Assembly (NCBI GenBank): GCA_038245905.1
Contig: JBBRRY010000001.1
Coordinates: 64,001-128,000, forward strand
Reading direction: 5' to 3'
Source: Thermoanaerobaculia bacterium
GTDB lineage: Bacteria > Acidobacteriota > Thermoanaerobaculia > UBA5066
Length of the DNA: 64,000 nucleotides
In this document: one piece after another, positions 8,903-18,962 of the stretch
Layout of the letters: each line of letters opens with the position of its first letter
Numbering within the stretch: the first letter of the stretch is position 1
Notes under the pieces: generated by a model
Database searches by the model: none
What the model was told of the DNA's origin: nothing
Seen by the model: the letters and a program-made list of their open reading frames with translations, nothing else
Made by a program: the position numbers and the translations under genes

Positions 8903-9544
8903 ATGACGGAGCGCGCCCCGCCGAGCCTATTGTCCCTCGAAATTCCGGGCCCGGCGGGCTCGCTGGAGGCCCTCCTCCGCATTCCGGCGGCCCCGGCCGG
9001 AGCCGCGCTCGTCGCGCATCCGCATCCGAGCCACGGCGGCACGATGCACACGAAGGTCGTGCATCGGGCGGCCCGTCTCCTCTCGGAACGGTTCCGCCTG
9101 GAAGCGCTCCGGTTCAACTTCCGGGGAGTCGGGGCGTCGGCGGGGGAGTACGACGGCGGAGCCGGCGAGACGGAGGATGTCGTCGCGGCCGCCGCATGGC
9201 TCCGCGCGCGCCTCCCGAACGGGCCGTTCGTGCTCGCCGGCTTCTCGTTCGGCTCGCTCTGCGTTTTACGTGCGGCGACTCGCGTGGCTCCGCAAGTCCT
9301 GCTTCTGATCGGCGTTCCGATCGACAGGTGGGACGCCGCGGGGGAGGTTCCGCCGGCGACGCGCGTCGTGTGGATTCAGGGCGAGAACGACGAATTCAGC
9401 GCGGCCGCGCGTGCTGGCGAGATCGCCGCAGCACGCGGATGGACGTTTCGCGTCGTACCCGGTGCGGACCACTTCTTCTCCGAACGACTCGATGAGTTCG
9501 AGAGCGCGGCGACGGATGCCCTCGCTGAAGGGCTTTCGGGATGA
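8903..9544 (+). CDS. alpha/beta hydrolase
   Basis: HPHP..GGTM, RFNFRGVG, GFSFG nucleophile elbow, GADHFF. Confidence 0.88.
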   Translation: MTERAPPSLLSLEIPGPAGSLEALLRIPAAPAGAALVAHPHPSHGGTMHTKVVHRAARLLSERFRLEALRFNFRGVGASAGEYDGGAGETEDVVAAAAWLRARLPNGPFVLAGFSFGSLCVLRAATRVAPQVLLLIGVPIDRWDAAGEVPPATRVVWIQGENDEFSAAARAGEIAAARGWTFRVVPGADHFFSERLDEFESAATDALAEGLSG

Positions 9545-10083
9545 TGGCTTCGGAGGAGGAAAGAGAGATTCTTAGAAAGGTCGCCCGGGATGCGGCGGCC
9601 CGCGCGATGGGGCAGCGGCCTGTGGCACTGCCGGAAATCCCTGAGGGAAGCACCCTCCTTCAGCCGGCGCCCGTGTTCGTCACGTGGAGAAGAGACGGGC
9701 GCCTGCGGGGCCGGAGCGGAACGACGGCACCCGACGCCGCACTCCTCGCCCTGGTGACGAAGCACGCCGTCGACGCTCTCTTGCACGACCCGCGCGTCCC
9801 CCCTGCGACGGCGACGGAGCTCCCGCGTCTCGTGCCCGAGATCAGCATCCTCTCGCCCTTCGAAGAAATCTTCGGGGCCGAAGGCCTCCTTGCCGGTATT
9901 CACGGCGTCCTCGTGGAGAAGGGAAAACGCCGTGGCGTCCTCTTGCCGCAGGACGCCACGGGCTTCGCCTGGGGCGGCGCGCAAATGCTGTCGCAGGCCT
10001 GCCTCAGAGCGGGACTTCCGGAGGAGAGCTGGCAGGCTCCGGGCCGCCCGCGTCTCCTCCGGTTCACCGCAGACGTGTTCTGA
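9541..10083 (+). CDS. AMMECR1 / AmmeMemoRadiSam protein A family
   Basis: VFVTW..GRLRG, DPR.PP, EISILSP, HGV...GVLLPQ. Confidence 0.85.
   Translation: MMASEEEREILRKVARDAAARAMGQRPVALPEIPEGSTLLQPAPVFVTWRRDGRLRGRSGTTAPDAALLALVTKHAVDALLHDPRVPPATATELPRLVPEISILSPFEEIFGAEGLLAGIHGVLVEKGKRRGVLLPQDATGFAWGGAQMLSQACLRAGLPEESWQAPGRPRLLRFTADVF
9565..9873. repeat. convergent motif pair C
   Basis: fwd GAGATTCTTAGAAAGG 9565-9580; rev 9857-9873 reads GAAGATTTCTTCGAAGG. Confidence 0.75.
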
Positions 10084-10088
10084 AGGGA

Positions 10089-10823
10089 CTACTTCTCGAT
10101 CGAGAGGAGCTCGACGTCGAACACGAGAGTCGCACCACCCTTGATCCGCGGTGCGCGCCCCTCGTCGCCGTACGCGAGGTCGGACGGGCAGACGAGACGC
10201 GCCTTCCCGCCTTCCTTCATGAGCTGAAGGCCCTGGGTCCAGCACGGGATGACGCCGGTCACCGCGAAGGTCACGGGCTCGCCGCGCTCGATGGAGCTGT
10301 CGAAGACGGTTCCGTCGATGAGCGCGCCGCGGTAGTGCACCTTGACCTTGTCCGTTGCCTTCGGGGCCGCGCCCGTGCCAGCCTTCACTTCCTTGTAGAC
10401 GAAGCCGGTCGGCTGCCTGACGGCGCCAGGCTGGGCGGCCTCCTTCGCAATGAAGGCCGCGCCGGCCTTCTTTTCGCCGACGGAAGCCGCACCGAGGCGG
10501 CCCTTCGCGAACTCCTGCAGCTTCGGGCCGTATATCGCGAGATCGACCTTCGGGGGGCGACCGAGGACGCCGTCCGTGATGCCCTCCTGCACGGAGGCCA
10601 GCTCTGCGGCGGTCAGCTTGAGCGGACCAAGGTTCTGGCTCATCACGAGACCGATCGCGTAGAGCGTCTTGCCGCTCTCGGTGGCGGGGCGCGCGCCCGG
10701 CGCCCTGGCGGAGGCGGCTTTTGTGGCGGCCGGCTTGACGGGATCGGCCTTCGCGGCTTCCTCGGCGAAAGCGGGAACCGCGGTGGACAGAAGAAGGGCG
10801 GAGGCGATGAGCGTTCGCCGCAT
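10089..10823 (-). CDS. FKBP-type peptidyl-prolyl isomerase, exported
   Basis: VKVHYRG.LIDGTVFDSS, VIPCWTQGL, LAYG; signal peptide. Confidence 0.93.
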   Translation of the reverse strand: MRRTLIASALLLSTAVPAFAEEAAKADPVKPAATKAASARAPGARPATESGKTLYAIGLVMSQNLGPLKLTAAELASVQEGITDGVLGRPPKVDLAIYGPKLQEFAKGRLGAASVGEKKAGAAFIAKEAAQPGAVRQPTGFVYKEVKAGTGAAPKATDKVKVHYRGALIDGTVFDSSIERGEPVTFAVTGVIPCWTQGLQLMKEGGKARLVCPSDLAYGDEGRAPRIKGGATLVFDVELLSIEK

Positions 10824-10885
10824 GGGATGAGATCCTCGCTTTTCGTTTGATGACGGCCCGAAGGGCGCGGCCGAAGAAGGGGATT

Positions 10886-11782
10886 CTATCCCGGAGATGC
10901 CGGGCGGCGGGTCAATATCTGAAGGAGAACCCCCGCGGCGACGGCCGCGTTCAGGGATTCGACACGGCCCAGGAGCGGAACGGTCACGCGATGATCGAGG
11001 GCCGCCGCGAGCTCAGGCGAGATTCCGTGACCCTCGGAGCCGATCACAAGGGCGATCGGGCGGACTCCGGCCATCGCCTCGGGCGCGGTGCCGCCACGGG
11101 CCTCTGCGCCAATCAGGGCAATCCCGTTCGCACGCGCAAAGACGACGGTCTCTGAAGCCGCGACGCGGGTGGCGACCGGAAGGCGAAAGGCGCTGCCCGC
11201 GGACGCTCGCAGGGCGCGCGGGGAAAACGGCGACGCGGAACCCGGTGTGAGGAGCGCGGCCGCGGCACCGAACGCTTCACCGCTGCGCAGAATCGCCCCC
11301 ACGTTCACGGGGTCCTGGATGTCGTCCAGGATGAGAAACAAGAGAGAAGAGAAAGATTTCTTTGAAGGTAATGAGGAAGGAGAAAGAGAAGAAGAAGATT
11401 TCTTAGAGGGTAATTCGGGAAAGAGGGAAGCCAGGGTTCGGCTCGGTGGAGACGCGAGCGCGACGACGCCGCGTGTTGAGGGAAGAGCGGAGAGTTTCTG
11501 GAGGACGCGCGCGCTGACCGCCGTCACCCGCGGCGACGGCGTCGCTCTCCGCGCATCGCCTTCCCCTCTTACCCTTCTAAGAAAATCCTTCTCTTCCTCT
11601 TCTCCTTCCTTGTCTTCTCCCAATTCCTTCCGAACAAACACTTCCTCGATCCGGATTCCCGCATCGAGCGCGTCCTCGATCATTCTCCGGCCCTCGAGCA
11701 GCATGGAGGCGCCGCTCGCGGCGGCCTTCACGGCCGCCGCGATGCGGGGATTCGAGGGCGCGTCGATCCGCGTGGTCGTCAA
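10886..11782 (-). CDS. TrmH/SpoU family RNA methyltransferase
   Basis: IQDPVNVGAILRS, IGSEGHG, VESLNAAVA; start approximate (TTG). Confidence 0.88.
   Translation of the reverse strand: MTTTRIDAPSNPRIAAAVKAAASGASMLLEGRRMIEDALDAGIRIEEVFVRKELGEDKEGEEEEKDFLRRVRGEGDARRATPSPRVTAVSARVLQKLSALPSTRGVVALASPPSRTLASLFPELPSKKSSSSLSPSSLPSKKSFSSLLFLILDDIQDPVNVGAILRSGEAFGAAAALLTPGSASPFSPRALRASAGSAFRLPVATRVAASETVVFARANGIALIGAEARGGTAPEAMAGVRPIALVIGSEGHGISPELAAALDHRVTVPLLGRVESLNAAVAAGVLLQILTRRPASPG
11352..11588. repeat. convergent motif set D (two forward, one reverse)
   Basis: fwd AAAGATTTCTTTGAAGG 11352-11368 and GAAGATTTCTTAGAGGG 11394-11410; rev 11573-11588 reads GGATTTTCTTAGAAGG. Confidence 0.85.
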
Positions 11783-11834
11783 GACCTCCCGAGAATACCG
11801 TCCCGGCCCGCGCCCGTGCTCTAATCCGCGCCGC

Positions 11835-13028
11835 ATGAAGGGTGCATTCTCGGCGGCCACGGCTGCCGCGGCCGCCGCCACTGCGAAGGCGACTCCTCTC
11901 GCGGCCTTCTGGACATTCCCCGCTGTCCTCTTCTCCGCCTTCCTCGTTTCCTGGGGGGCCGAGGCGGCCCAGTTTCTCGTCTCCCAGGGCCTCGCGCTCG
12001 CGATGCTCGCGTGGCTCCAGACGCTTCCGGAGTTCGCCGTCGAGGCCGTGATCGCGTGGGAGGCGGGTCGGGATCCCACGAAGCTCCACCTCGCGATCGC
12101 GAATTTCACGGGCTCGATTCGCTTGCTGGTCGGCCTGGGCTGGCCGCTCGTCTACTTCGTGGCCGCGTTCTTCGCCCGGCGAACCGGGAAGAGGAAGACC
12201 TGGAGCGCGATCACGTTCGACGACGAGCACGCCATCGAGATCGTGGGCCTCCTGCCTCCGCTCCTTTGGTTCACGGTCATCTGGTGGAAAGGCTCGCTCG
12301 GCCTTTTCGACGCCGCGATCCTCACCATCTGCTATGCGGCCTACCTCGTCGCGCTTCTGCGCATTCCTCCGCGCGTGGGCGACGTCGAGGAGATGGAAGA
12401 CCTGCCCGCCGTCTCGAGGTGGGCGCTCGCTCAGGGGTCGGGGCGGCGCGGCTGGGCTATCGCGGGGATTTTCCTCGTGGGAGGCGCGATTCTCGCCGTG
12501 TCGGCCCACGCCTTCGTCGAGTCGATGCTCGCGCTCGCGATCACGGCGGGCGTCTCGTCGTTCGTCTTCGTGCAGTGGGTCGCGCCTTTTCTCTCCGAGT
12601 TTCCCGAGAAGCTCTCGGCCTTCAACTGGGCGCGTCAAATCACGAAGGCGCCGATGGCGGTCATGAATCTCGTCTCGTCGACGATCAACCAGTGGTCGAT
12701 TCTCTCGGCGCTCATTCCGGTCATCTATTCGATCTCGAGAGGCACCCCGTCGGCGATCGTGTTCGACGCGCATCAGCGCGAGGAAATCCTCCTGACGATC
12801 CTCCAGAGTTTTCTCGGGTGGCTCCTGCTCGTGAACCTCGACCTGCGCGCTTTCGAGGCGGGCATCCTGTTCGTGTTTTGGTTGGTTCAATTCGCCCTGC
12901 CGTCGACACGAGGTCCGATGATCTTCGTATACGCTGGCTGGTGCGGAGTGGAGATGGCGATGATCGCGATCGGAAAACGAAAACCGCGCGCCTTCGAGGC
13001 CGCCTGGCGCGTCCTGAGACTGCGGTGA
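11835..13028 (+). CDS. Ca2+/cation antiporter (CaCA) family membrane protein
   Basis: about 10 TM segments; alpha-repeat-like QTLPEFAV and LSEFPEKLSA. Confidence 0.75.
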   Translation: MKGAFSAATAAAAAATAKATPLAAFWTFPAVLFSAFLVSWGAEAAQFLVSQGLALAMLAWLQTLPEFAVEAVIAWEAGRDPTKLHLAIANFTGSIRLLVGLGWPLVYFVAAFFARRTGKRKTWSAITFDDEHAIEIVGLLPPLLWFTVIWWKGSLGLFDAAILTICYAAYLVALLRIPPRVGDVEEMEDLPAVSRWALAQGSGRRGWAIAGIFLVGGAILAVSAHAFVESMLALAITAGVSSFVFVQWVAPFLSEFPEKLSAFNWARQITKAPMAVMNLVSSTINQWSILSALIPVIYSISRGTPSAIVFDAHQREEILLTILQSFLGWLLLVNLDLRAFEAGILFVFWLVQFALPSTRGPMIFVYAGWCGVEMAMIAIGKRKPRAFEAAWRVLRLR

Positions 13029-14215
13029 AGTTCGCCGCCCGCGCCTCGCGTGTAGCCGGGTCGGCCACGCTCGCCGTTCTGAAGGCGGCTGGCGCCCTGC
13101 GCGCAAGGGGTGTCGACGTCGTGGACTTCGGCCCCGGGGAACCGGACTTTCCGACGCCGGCTTTCGTGAAGTGCGCCGCGATCGACGCCATCGACGCGGA
13201 TTTCACGAAATACACGGACACGTCGGGCATTCCAGAGCTGCGCGAGGCCATCGCTGCGTGCTACCGCGTGGAGTGGGACGCGCCGTACACGGCCTCGGAG
13301 GTCCTCGTGACGGCGGGCGGCAAGCAGGCGCTGCACACGGCGTGTCTCGCGCTCTTCGAGGAAGGCGATGATGTCCTCGTCCCGTCGCCCTACTGGGTGT
13401 CGTTCCCCGAGATGGTGACGCTTGCGGGCGCGCGCAGCGTGTTCGTGCCGACGAGCGCCGATTCCGGCTTCCGCCTGACGGCGGCCGACGTGGAGCGCGC
13501 CGCGACGCTCGCGACGCGGGGCATCATCGTGAATTCACCGAACAACCCGACGGGGGCGGTGATGGAACCCGCGGAGATCGAAGGAGTCATCCGGCTCGCC
13601 GCCTCGCACGGCTGGACGGTGCTCTTCGACGAGTGCTATGACCGTTTTGTCTTCGAGGGCCGGCACCTCTCGGCGGCGTCGCTCGCCCGGGAATTCCCCG
13701 AGACGATTCTCGTGGCCGGAACGCTCTCGAAGACCTACGCGATGACGGGCTGGCGTGTCGGCTTCGCGGCCGGGCCGAAGCCTCTCATCGACCTGATGGG
13801 CCGCATCGTGGGCCACGCGACGTCGAACGTCTGCTCCATCACGCAGCGGGCCGCCCTGGCGGCGCTCACGCGTCCCGACGAAGCGGGGCCGGTCGTCGAA
13901 AGCATGCTGAGAGAGTACGCGCGCCGGAGGGAGTTCCTGATCCCCGCGCTCAACGCACTGCCGGGTGTCACCTGTTCGCCGCCTGGTGGCGCCTTCTACG
14001 CTTTCCCGGATGTCTCGGCGCATTACGGACGGACCCTGGGCGGGGTCGATGTGACCGGCTCCGAGAGCTTCGCGAAGGCTCTCCTCGACAGCGTCGCGGT
14101 GGCGGTGACCCCGGGTGTCGCGTTCGGCGAGGACCGGTGCGTCCGGCTCTCGTTCGCGACGTCTCGCGCGCGCCTCGAAGAGGGTATCTCCCGCCTCGCG
14201 CGCGTTCTCTCTTAG
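13025..14215 (+). CDS. PLP-dependent class I/II (aspartate-type) aminotransferase
   Basis: GEPDF, NSPNNPTG, DECY, SKTYAMTGWRVG. Confidence 0.93.
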   Translation: MKFAARASRVAGSATLAVLKAAGALRARGVDVVDFGPGEPDFPTPAFVKCAAIDAIDADFTKYTDTSGIPELREAIAACYRVEWDAPYTASEVLVTAGGKQALHTACLALFEEGDDVLVPSPYWVSFPEMVTLAGARSVFVPTSADSGFRLTAADVERAATLATRGIIVNSPNNPTGAVMEPAEIEGVIRLAASHGWTVLFDECYDRFVFEGRHLSAASLAREFPETILVAGTLSKTYAMTGWRVGFAAGPKPLIDLMGRIVGHATSNVCSITQRAALAALTRPDEAGPVVESMLREYARRREFLIPALNALPGVTCSPPGGAFYAFPDVSAHYGRTLGGVDVTGSESFAKALLDSVAVAVTPGVAFGEDRCVRLSFATSRARLEEGISRLARVLS

Positions 14216-15195
14216 CGATAGCGGACGTCTCCCGGCGTTGCGGGCGGAGCCGTCTTCTCGATGGCGACACGGTCGCGCCCGGCCTTCTTGGCCGTGTAGA
14301 GCGCGGCGTCCGCGCGGGCGATGAGCGACGCGAGCGAGGTCTTCTCGAACAGGCCCTGGTGAACGGATACGCCGGCCGAAACGGTGATCGGCCGCGCGAC
14401 GCGCGGAGGGCCGAGGGCCGCGACGGCGCCGCGAATGCGTTCCAGCGCCGGCAGAGCGGCATCCATGTCGGCCTCCACGAAAAGAACGATGAACTCCTCG
14501 CCCCCGTAGCGGCCCGCCGCGTCGATTCCGCGGACCGTCCGCGCGATGGCGCGCGCGACCGACGTCAGGGCGGCGTCTCCCGCGGGATGCCCGTAGCGGT
14601 CGTTGAAGCTCTTGAAGTGGTCGAGATCGAGCATCGCGAGAGCGAGGGGACGGCCTGTCCGCCCCGCCCGCGCGAGCTCGGCCCGGGCCCTTTCTTCGAA
14701 CGCCGCGCGGTTCAGGAGGCCGGTGAGCGGGTCCGTCGTCGCACGCGTGAAGAGGCGCCTCTCTTGCTCGGCCACGCGAGGAAGCAGAAGCGCGGTGAAG
14801 ACGACGAAACCGACTCCGAGCGGTGGAAACACGGGGGTCGCGACGAGGACTCCCCGGCGCGCCGCGAGCTCGGCACTTGCGGACAGCACGAGCACGCTGA
14901 AGGCCGCGAAGAGGAAGGCGCGCGCGGGACGGTTTCCGCCCGAGAGAAGCAGGAGGAAGGCCGCGGCGAGAAAGGGGAGCGAGAGGGCGAGGCCCGTCTC
15001 GAGGCGCTGCCGCACGGGGCCGCTGAAGAGAAACGGCGCTCCGAGGAGCAGGGCGACGCCGAGCGCGAGCACGGCATAGAGAGCAAGAAGCCGTCTCCCG
15101 CGCGCGACGCCAATGAGCGTGAGCGCGACAATCCCGAAGGAGGCTGCCGTCATGGCGAAGAGCAGCGTCGCAACCTGCGTCCGTGGGAGCCACAT
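14212..15195 (-). CDS. membrane-bound GGDEF diguanylate cyclase
   Basis: TM N-terminus; DPLTGLLNR, DLDHFK, RYGGEEF. Confidence 0.92.
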   Translation of the reverse strand: MWLPRTQVATLLFAMTAASFGIVALTLIGVARGRRLLALYAVLALGVALLLGAPFLFSGPVRQRLETGLALSLPFLAAAFLLLLSGGNRPARAFLFAAFSVLVLSASAELAARRGVLVATPVFPPLGVGFVVFTALLLPRVAEQERRLFTRATTDPLTGLLNRAAFEERARAELARAGRTGRPLALAMLDLDHFKSFNDRYGHPAGDAALTSVARAIARTVRGIDAAGRYGGEEFIVLFVEADMDAALPALERIRGAVAALGPPRVARPITVSAGVSVHQGLFEKTSLASLIARADAALYTAKKAGRDRVAIEKTAPPATPGDVRYR

Positions 15196-15267
15196 GCCGT
15201 TTCTAGAATGCCACGCCGGGCGAAGCGGGAGCGGACGGCCTCCAACGGCAAGGATTGATTAGCCGAT

Positions 15268-16683
15268 GTGAATAGGATAACGTCAGCGGACGGAAGAATT
15301 CCGGTTAGGCGGTCAAGTGTTTTCGAGCCGCGCTCCGTGATCTTTCGAGAGGTGTGTTTGAACAGAGCTTCGAAGAGCGCGCGTTCGAGAACGTCCTCCG
15401 TCCTGAAGACCTTCGGGCTCGCGACGATCGCCCTGGGCCTTTTCCTCGTCTTCGTCGAGCGATCGAGTCAGGCGCGCGCCCAGAGCGGCACTTTCCGCGC
15501 GGTTTCGTCAGCGGGTCAGCAGGATGTTTCGCGCCGCGTCGTTCAGGTTCGTTCGAGACGCCCGAACTCTCAGACCCCCTTGAATTGTAACGAGACCGCC
15601 CTCAAGCTAATCGTGAATCAGAACCCGACGGGCTTCATCGTGAACGGTTCTACGGAAACGTACATTCTCACGATGTCGAACAGGAGCAGCAATCCGCCGA
15701 CGACTACCGCGTGCGACGCCGACACGATCAACATCACATTCTTCTGTCCAAAGGCGGACGGAACGCCCGACCTCGGGGCTCCGATCACAGTGGCGTCCGG
15801 GTTCTCGTCTCCTTCCGAGACCAGCAACACGTTCGCGCCGATCGGCTGCCCCATCAATGTGAACAACGGCGTTCTCATCGCGACGGCCCGCGCGGATTTC
15901 AGCGGCATCGTGCATGCGGCGCCCCTCTTCGACGACTCGGTCTCGGGGAGCAAGACGATCACGGTTGCAGTTCTCGCTCCGACGGCCACCCCGACAATTA
16001 CGCCGACGTCGACGCCCACGTCGACGTTCACCCCCACGCCCACCATAACGCCCACGTCGACTCCGTCGGACACGCCCACCGTGACGCCAACACCCACCCT
16101 TACGCCGACACCCACCCAGACGCCGACAGACACCCCGACGCCGACCATCACCCAGACGCCGACGCAGACGCCGACGCAGACGCCGACGGCGACACCGTCC
16201 GTGACTCCTCCACCACCGACGCCGACGAATACGCCGACGGATACGCTGACGCCGACCGTCACCCAGACCCCCACCCGGACGCCGACGAATACGCCGACGG
16301 CGACACCGTCCGTGACACCACCGCCACCGACGCCGACGGATACGCCGACGAACACGCCGACGCCCACTTTGACGCCGACGCAGACCCCAACGGGAACTCA
16401 GACGGCGACGAATACGCCGACTCTGACGCCCACGGGAACGGCGACGAATACCCCGACCGTCACGCCGACGTCGACACAGTTGTCGACCACGACGCCGACG
16501 TCGACGCCTACCGCTACGTCCACCGTGACTCAGTCGACGACGCCCGCTCTGACTCCGACCTTTACGCCAATTGGCGGTGGCGGCGGGGGTTCGAAAGACG
16601 TTCCCGCGCTGTCTCCCCTGATGCTCGTCCTCCTCGGCGTCGCACTCGCGGGAGCCGGGCTTCTCTCCTCGAGACAGAGCTAG
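15268..16683 (+). CDS. surface protein with Pro/Thr-rich stalk and IPTL-CTERM-like anchor (start uncertain)
   Basis: hydrophobic N-terminal segment, Cys-containing beta domain, about 200-aa (TP)n tract, C-terminal [23 protein letters not shown]. Confidence 0.7.
   Translation: MNRITSADGRIPVRRSSVFEPRSVIFREVCLNRASKSARSRTSSVLKTFGLATIALGLFLVFVERSSQARAQSGTFRAVSSAGQQDVSRRVVQVRSRRPNSQTPLNCNETALKLIVNQNPTGFIVNGSTETYILTMSNRSSNPPTTTACDADTINITFFCPKADGTPDLGAPITVASGFSSPSETSNTFAPIGCPINVNNGVLIATARADFSGIVHAAPLFDDSVSGSKTITVAVLAPTATPTITPTSTPTSTFTPTPTITPTSTPSDTPTVTPTPTLTPTPTQTPTDTPTPTITQTPTQTPTQTPTATPSVTPPPPTPTNTPTDTLTPTVTQTPTRTPTNTPTATPSVTPPPPTPTDTPTNTPTPTLTPTQTPTGTQTATNTPTLTPTGTATNTPTVTPTSTQLSTTTPTSTPTATSTVTQSTTPALTPTFTPIGGGGGGSKDVPALSPLMLVLLGVALAGAGLLSSRQS
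15978..16570 (+). repeat. ACGCCG-type coding tandem repeats (Thr-Pro), including a duplicated [16 protein letters not shown] block
   Basis: imperfect 6/12-nt periodicity visible in DNA. Confidence 0.9.
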
Positions 16684-16686
16684 GGC

Positions 16687-18246
16687 TCATAGCTTCGACG
16701 CGGGATCGTCGCTGAACGCCTTCACGAGGAGGTGTTTCTGGACCTTGCCGAGCGCGTTGCGGGGCAGGTCCGGGACCGCGTGAACCTCGCGTGGCTTCTT
16801 GAAGTCGGCGAGATGCTCGGCCGCGAAGGCGGCGACCGCCTCGCAGACGGCTGCCGTTTTCCCCGTCGGCCCGGCGTCCTTGAGAACGATGGCCGCGGCG
16901 ACGCGCTGGCCCCAGACACGATCCGGAAGCCCGACGACCGCGGCGTCCTTGACGGCGGGATGCCGCCGGAGGACGTCCTCGATCTCTCTCGCCGAGATCT
17001 TGAAGCCTCCGCTCTTGATGATGTCGACGGACCTGCGGCCGACGATCGTCACATAGCCGTCGATGTCGCGCCGCGCCACGTCACCGGTCAGAAACCAGCC
17101 GTCCCGGAACGCGGCCGCCGTCTCGTCGGAGCGCCGCCAATAGCCATTCATGAGGCCATTGCCTTTCACCTGGATCTCGCCGAGCTCTCCCACGGGGGAC
17201 TCGCGTCCCTCGTCGTCAACGAGCCGGACCGAGCAGCCCGGGACCGGAAATCCCACGGTCCCTGGGCGCCGCTCGCCGTCATGGGGATTCGAGAGCGTGA
17301 AGAGCGTTTCGCTCATCCCATAGCGCTCCAGGATCGCGTGGCCGGTCTTCTCCTGAAAGGCGCGGAAGTCGGACGCCGGAAGGGGCGAGCTGCCCGCCGT
17401 GAAGAGACGGGCTCTCCGAAGAGCGGCGGCGGCTTCGGGCTGCGCATCCAGGTGCTCCAGGAGCCGGACGTACATCGTGGGGACGCCCATGAAGGCGGTG
17501 GCACTCTCGCGCGCGAAGGCCTCGACGGCGCGGGCCGCGTCGAAGCGTTCTTCGAGGAGGAGCGTGAAGCCCTTGACGAGCGCGCCCGCGACGCCGAGGC
17601 AGAGCCCGTGCACGTGGAAGAGGGGAAGCGCGAGGACGAGACGGTCGAGCTCCGAGAACCGCCAGAGGTCCATCACGGCGCGCGTGTTCGCCTCGAGCGC
17701 GCGGTGCGAAAGCGCGACGCCCTTGCTCTGGCCGGTCGTGCCCGAGGTGTAGATGAGCATCGCCACGTCGTTGTCGGCTGGCGGCTCGGATTCGGAGGAA
17801 GAGGGGAAGATCTGCTTAGAAGGTGAAGAGGGAAGAGGGAGAGGAACCGCGTCGGCCAGGGCGATGACGTGCTTCAGACGCGGGGGCCTGCTCATTCTAA
17901 GAATCTCTCTTAGGACCTCATTGCACTCTTCCCCCTCATCGCCCACGAGCACCGCGACGGCGCCCGAGTCCTCGAGAATGTGCCGAGCCTCGCCGGCCTT
18001 GTACCGCGTGTTGATCGGGACGTGAATGACGCCCGAGGCGAGGTGTCCGATGAAAACGGCGATCAGCTCGGGGCGGGTCTCGGCGAAGATCGCCACGCGG
18101 TCACCGCGCTGGACGCCCGCCCGCTCGAGGAAGGCCACGTATTCGCCCGCCCACTGCCGCATTTCTTCGAATGTGTAAGACCGGCCCTTCCACACGACCG
18201 CCGGATCCGCCGCGCGGGTGCGCAGGCAGGACAAGAGGCTCGTCAT
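16687..18246 (-). CDS. acyl-CoA synthetase, malonyl-CoA synthetase (MatB)-like
   Basis: [42 protein letters not shown]. Confidence 0.85.
   Translation of the reverse strand: MTSLLSCLRTRAADPAVVWKGRSYTFEEMRQWAGEYVAFLERAGVQRGDRVAIFAETRPELIAVFIGHLASGVIHVPINTRYKAGEARHILEDSGAVAVLVGDEGEECNEVLREILRMSRPPRLKHVIALADAVPLPLPSSPSKQIFPSSSESEPPADNDVAMLIYTSGTTGQSKGVALSHRALEANTRAVMDLWRFSELDRLVLALPLFHVHGLCLGVAGALVKGFTLLLEERFDAARAVEAFARESATAFMGVPTMYVRLLEHLDAQPEAAAALRRARLFTAGSSPLPASDFRAFQEKTGHAILERYGMSETLFTLSNPHDGERRPGTVGFPVPGCSVRLVDDEGRESPVGELGEIQVKGNGLMNGYWRRSDETAAAFRDGWFLTGDVARRDIDGYVTIVGRRSVDIIKSGGFKISAREIEDVLRRHPAVKDAAVVGLPDRVWGQRVAAAIVLKDAGPTGKTAAVCEAVAAFAAEHLADFKKPREVHAVPDLPRNALGKVQKHLLVKAFSDDPASKL
17806..17909. 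repeat. convergent motif pair E
   Basis: fwd GAAGATCTGCTTAGAAGG 17806-17823; rev 17893-17909 reads GAGAGATTCTTAGAATG. Confidence 0.78.
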
Positions 18247-18962
18247 ACCGACGCGTGTCCCAGATAGCCGTCCCGGACACGCGGGTCGGCGAGAAGCTCT
18301 TTCGCCGTCCCCGTCAGCGTGACGCGGCCCGTTTCGAGGACATAGGCGCGGTCGGCGAGCGCGAGGGCATGCGGCACGTTCTGCTCGACGAGGACAATCG
18401 TCACGCCGCGGGTACGAATGGCCCGGAGCGACGCGAAGACCTCGCGGACGAGGAGCGGGGAAAGCCCCAGAGCCGGCTCGTCCAAGAGGAGCAGGCGCGG
18501 CTGCGCCATCAGGCCGCGTCCGATCGCGCACATCTGCTGTTCGCCGCCCGAGAGCGTTCCCGCCTTCTGGGAGGTTCGCCGCTCGAGCACGGGAAACATC
18601 CTGAAGATTTCTCCGAGGGTGGCTTCGGCCCGCCCACGAGCGTGCTTCGAGTACGCACCCATCCGGAGGTTCTCGAGGACCGTCATGGCCGGCCAGAGCT
18701 GCCGGCCTTCGGGCACGAGCACGATTCCGTCAGAGGCCAGCTCGTTGGCGGGTCTGCCGCCGACGTCCTTTCCGTCGAAGACCACTCGCCCCGCCCTCGG
18801 TACGAGGAGGCCGGCTACGGCGCGAAGAGTCGTCGACTTCCCGGCCCCATTCGCTCCGATGAGAGTGACGACTTCGCCTGCCTCGACGTTGAACGAGAGG
18901 TTTCGCACCGCCTGGACGTCGCCGTAGAGCACGTCGAGGGATTCGACGGAAAGCAGGCTCAC
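18243..18962 (-). CDS. livF: branched-chain amino acid-type ABC ATPase (LivF-like)
   Basis: GANGAGKS, LSGGEQQM, LLLDEP. Confidence 0.9.
   Translation of the reverse strand: MSLLSVESLDVLYGDVQAVRNLSFNVEAGEVVTLIGANGAGKSTTLRAVAGLLVPRAGRVVFDGKDVGGRPANELASDGIVLVPEGRQLWPAMTVLENLRMGAYSKHARGRAEATLGEIFRMFPVLERRTSQKAGTLSGGEQQMCAIGRGLMAQPRLLLLDEPALGLSPLLVREVFASLRAIRTRGVTIVLVEQNVPHALALADRAYVLETGRVTLTGTAKELLADPRVRDGYLGHASV

Noticed and set aside
15978-16570. Tandem repeats as CRISPR or non-coding satellite
   Set aside because: In-frame Thr-Pro codon repeats within one CDS.
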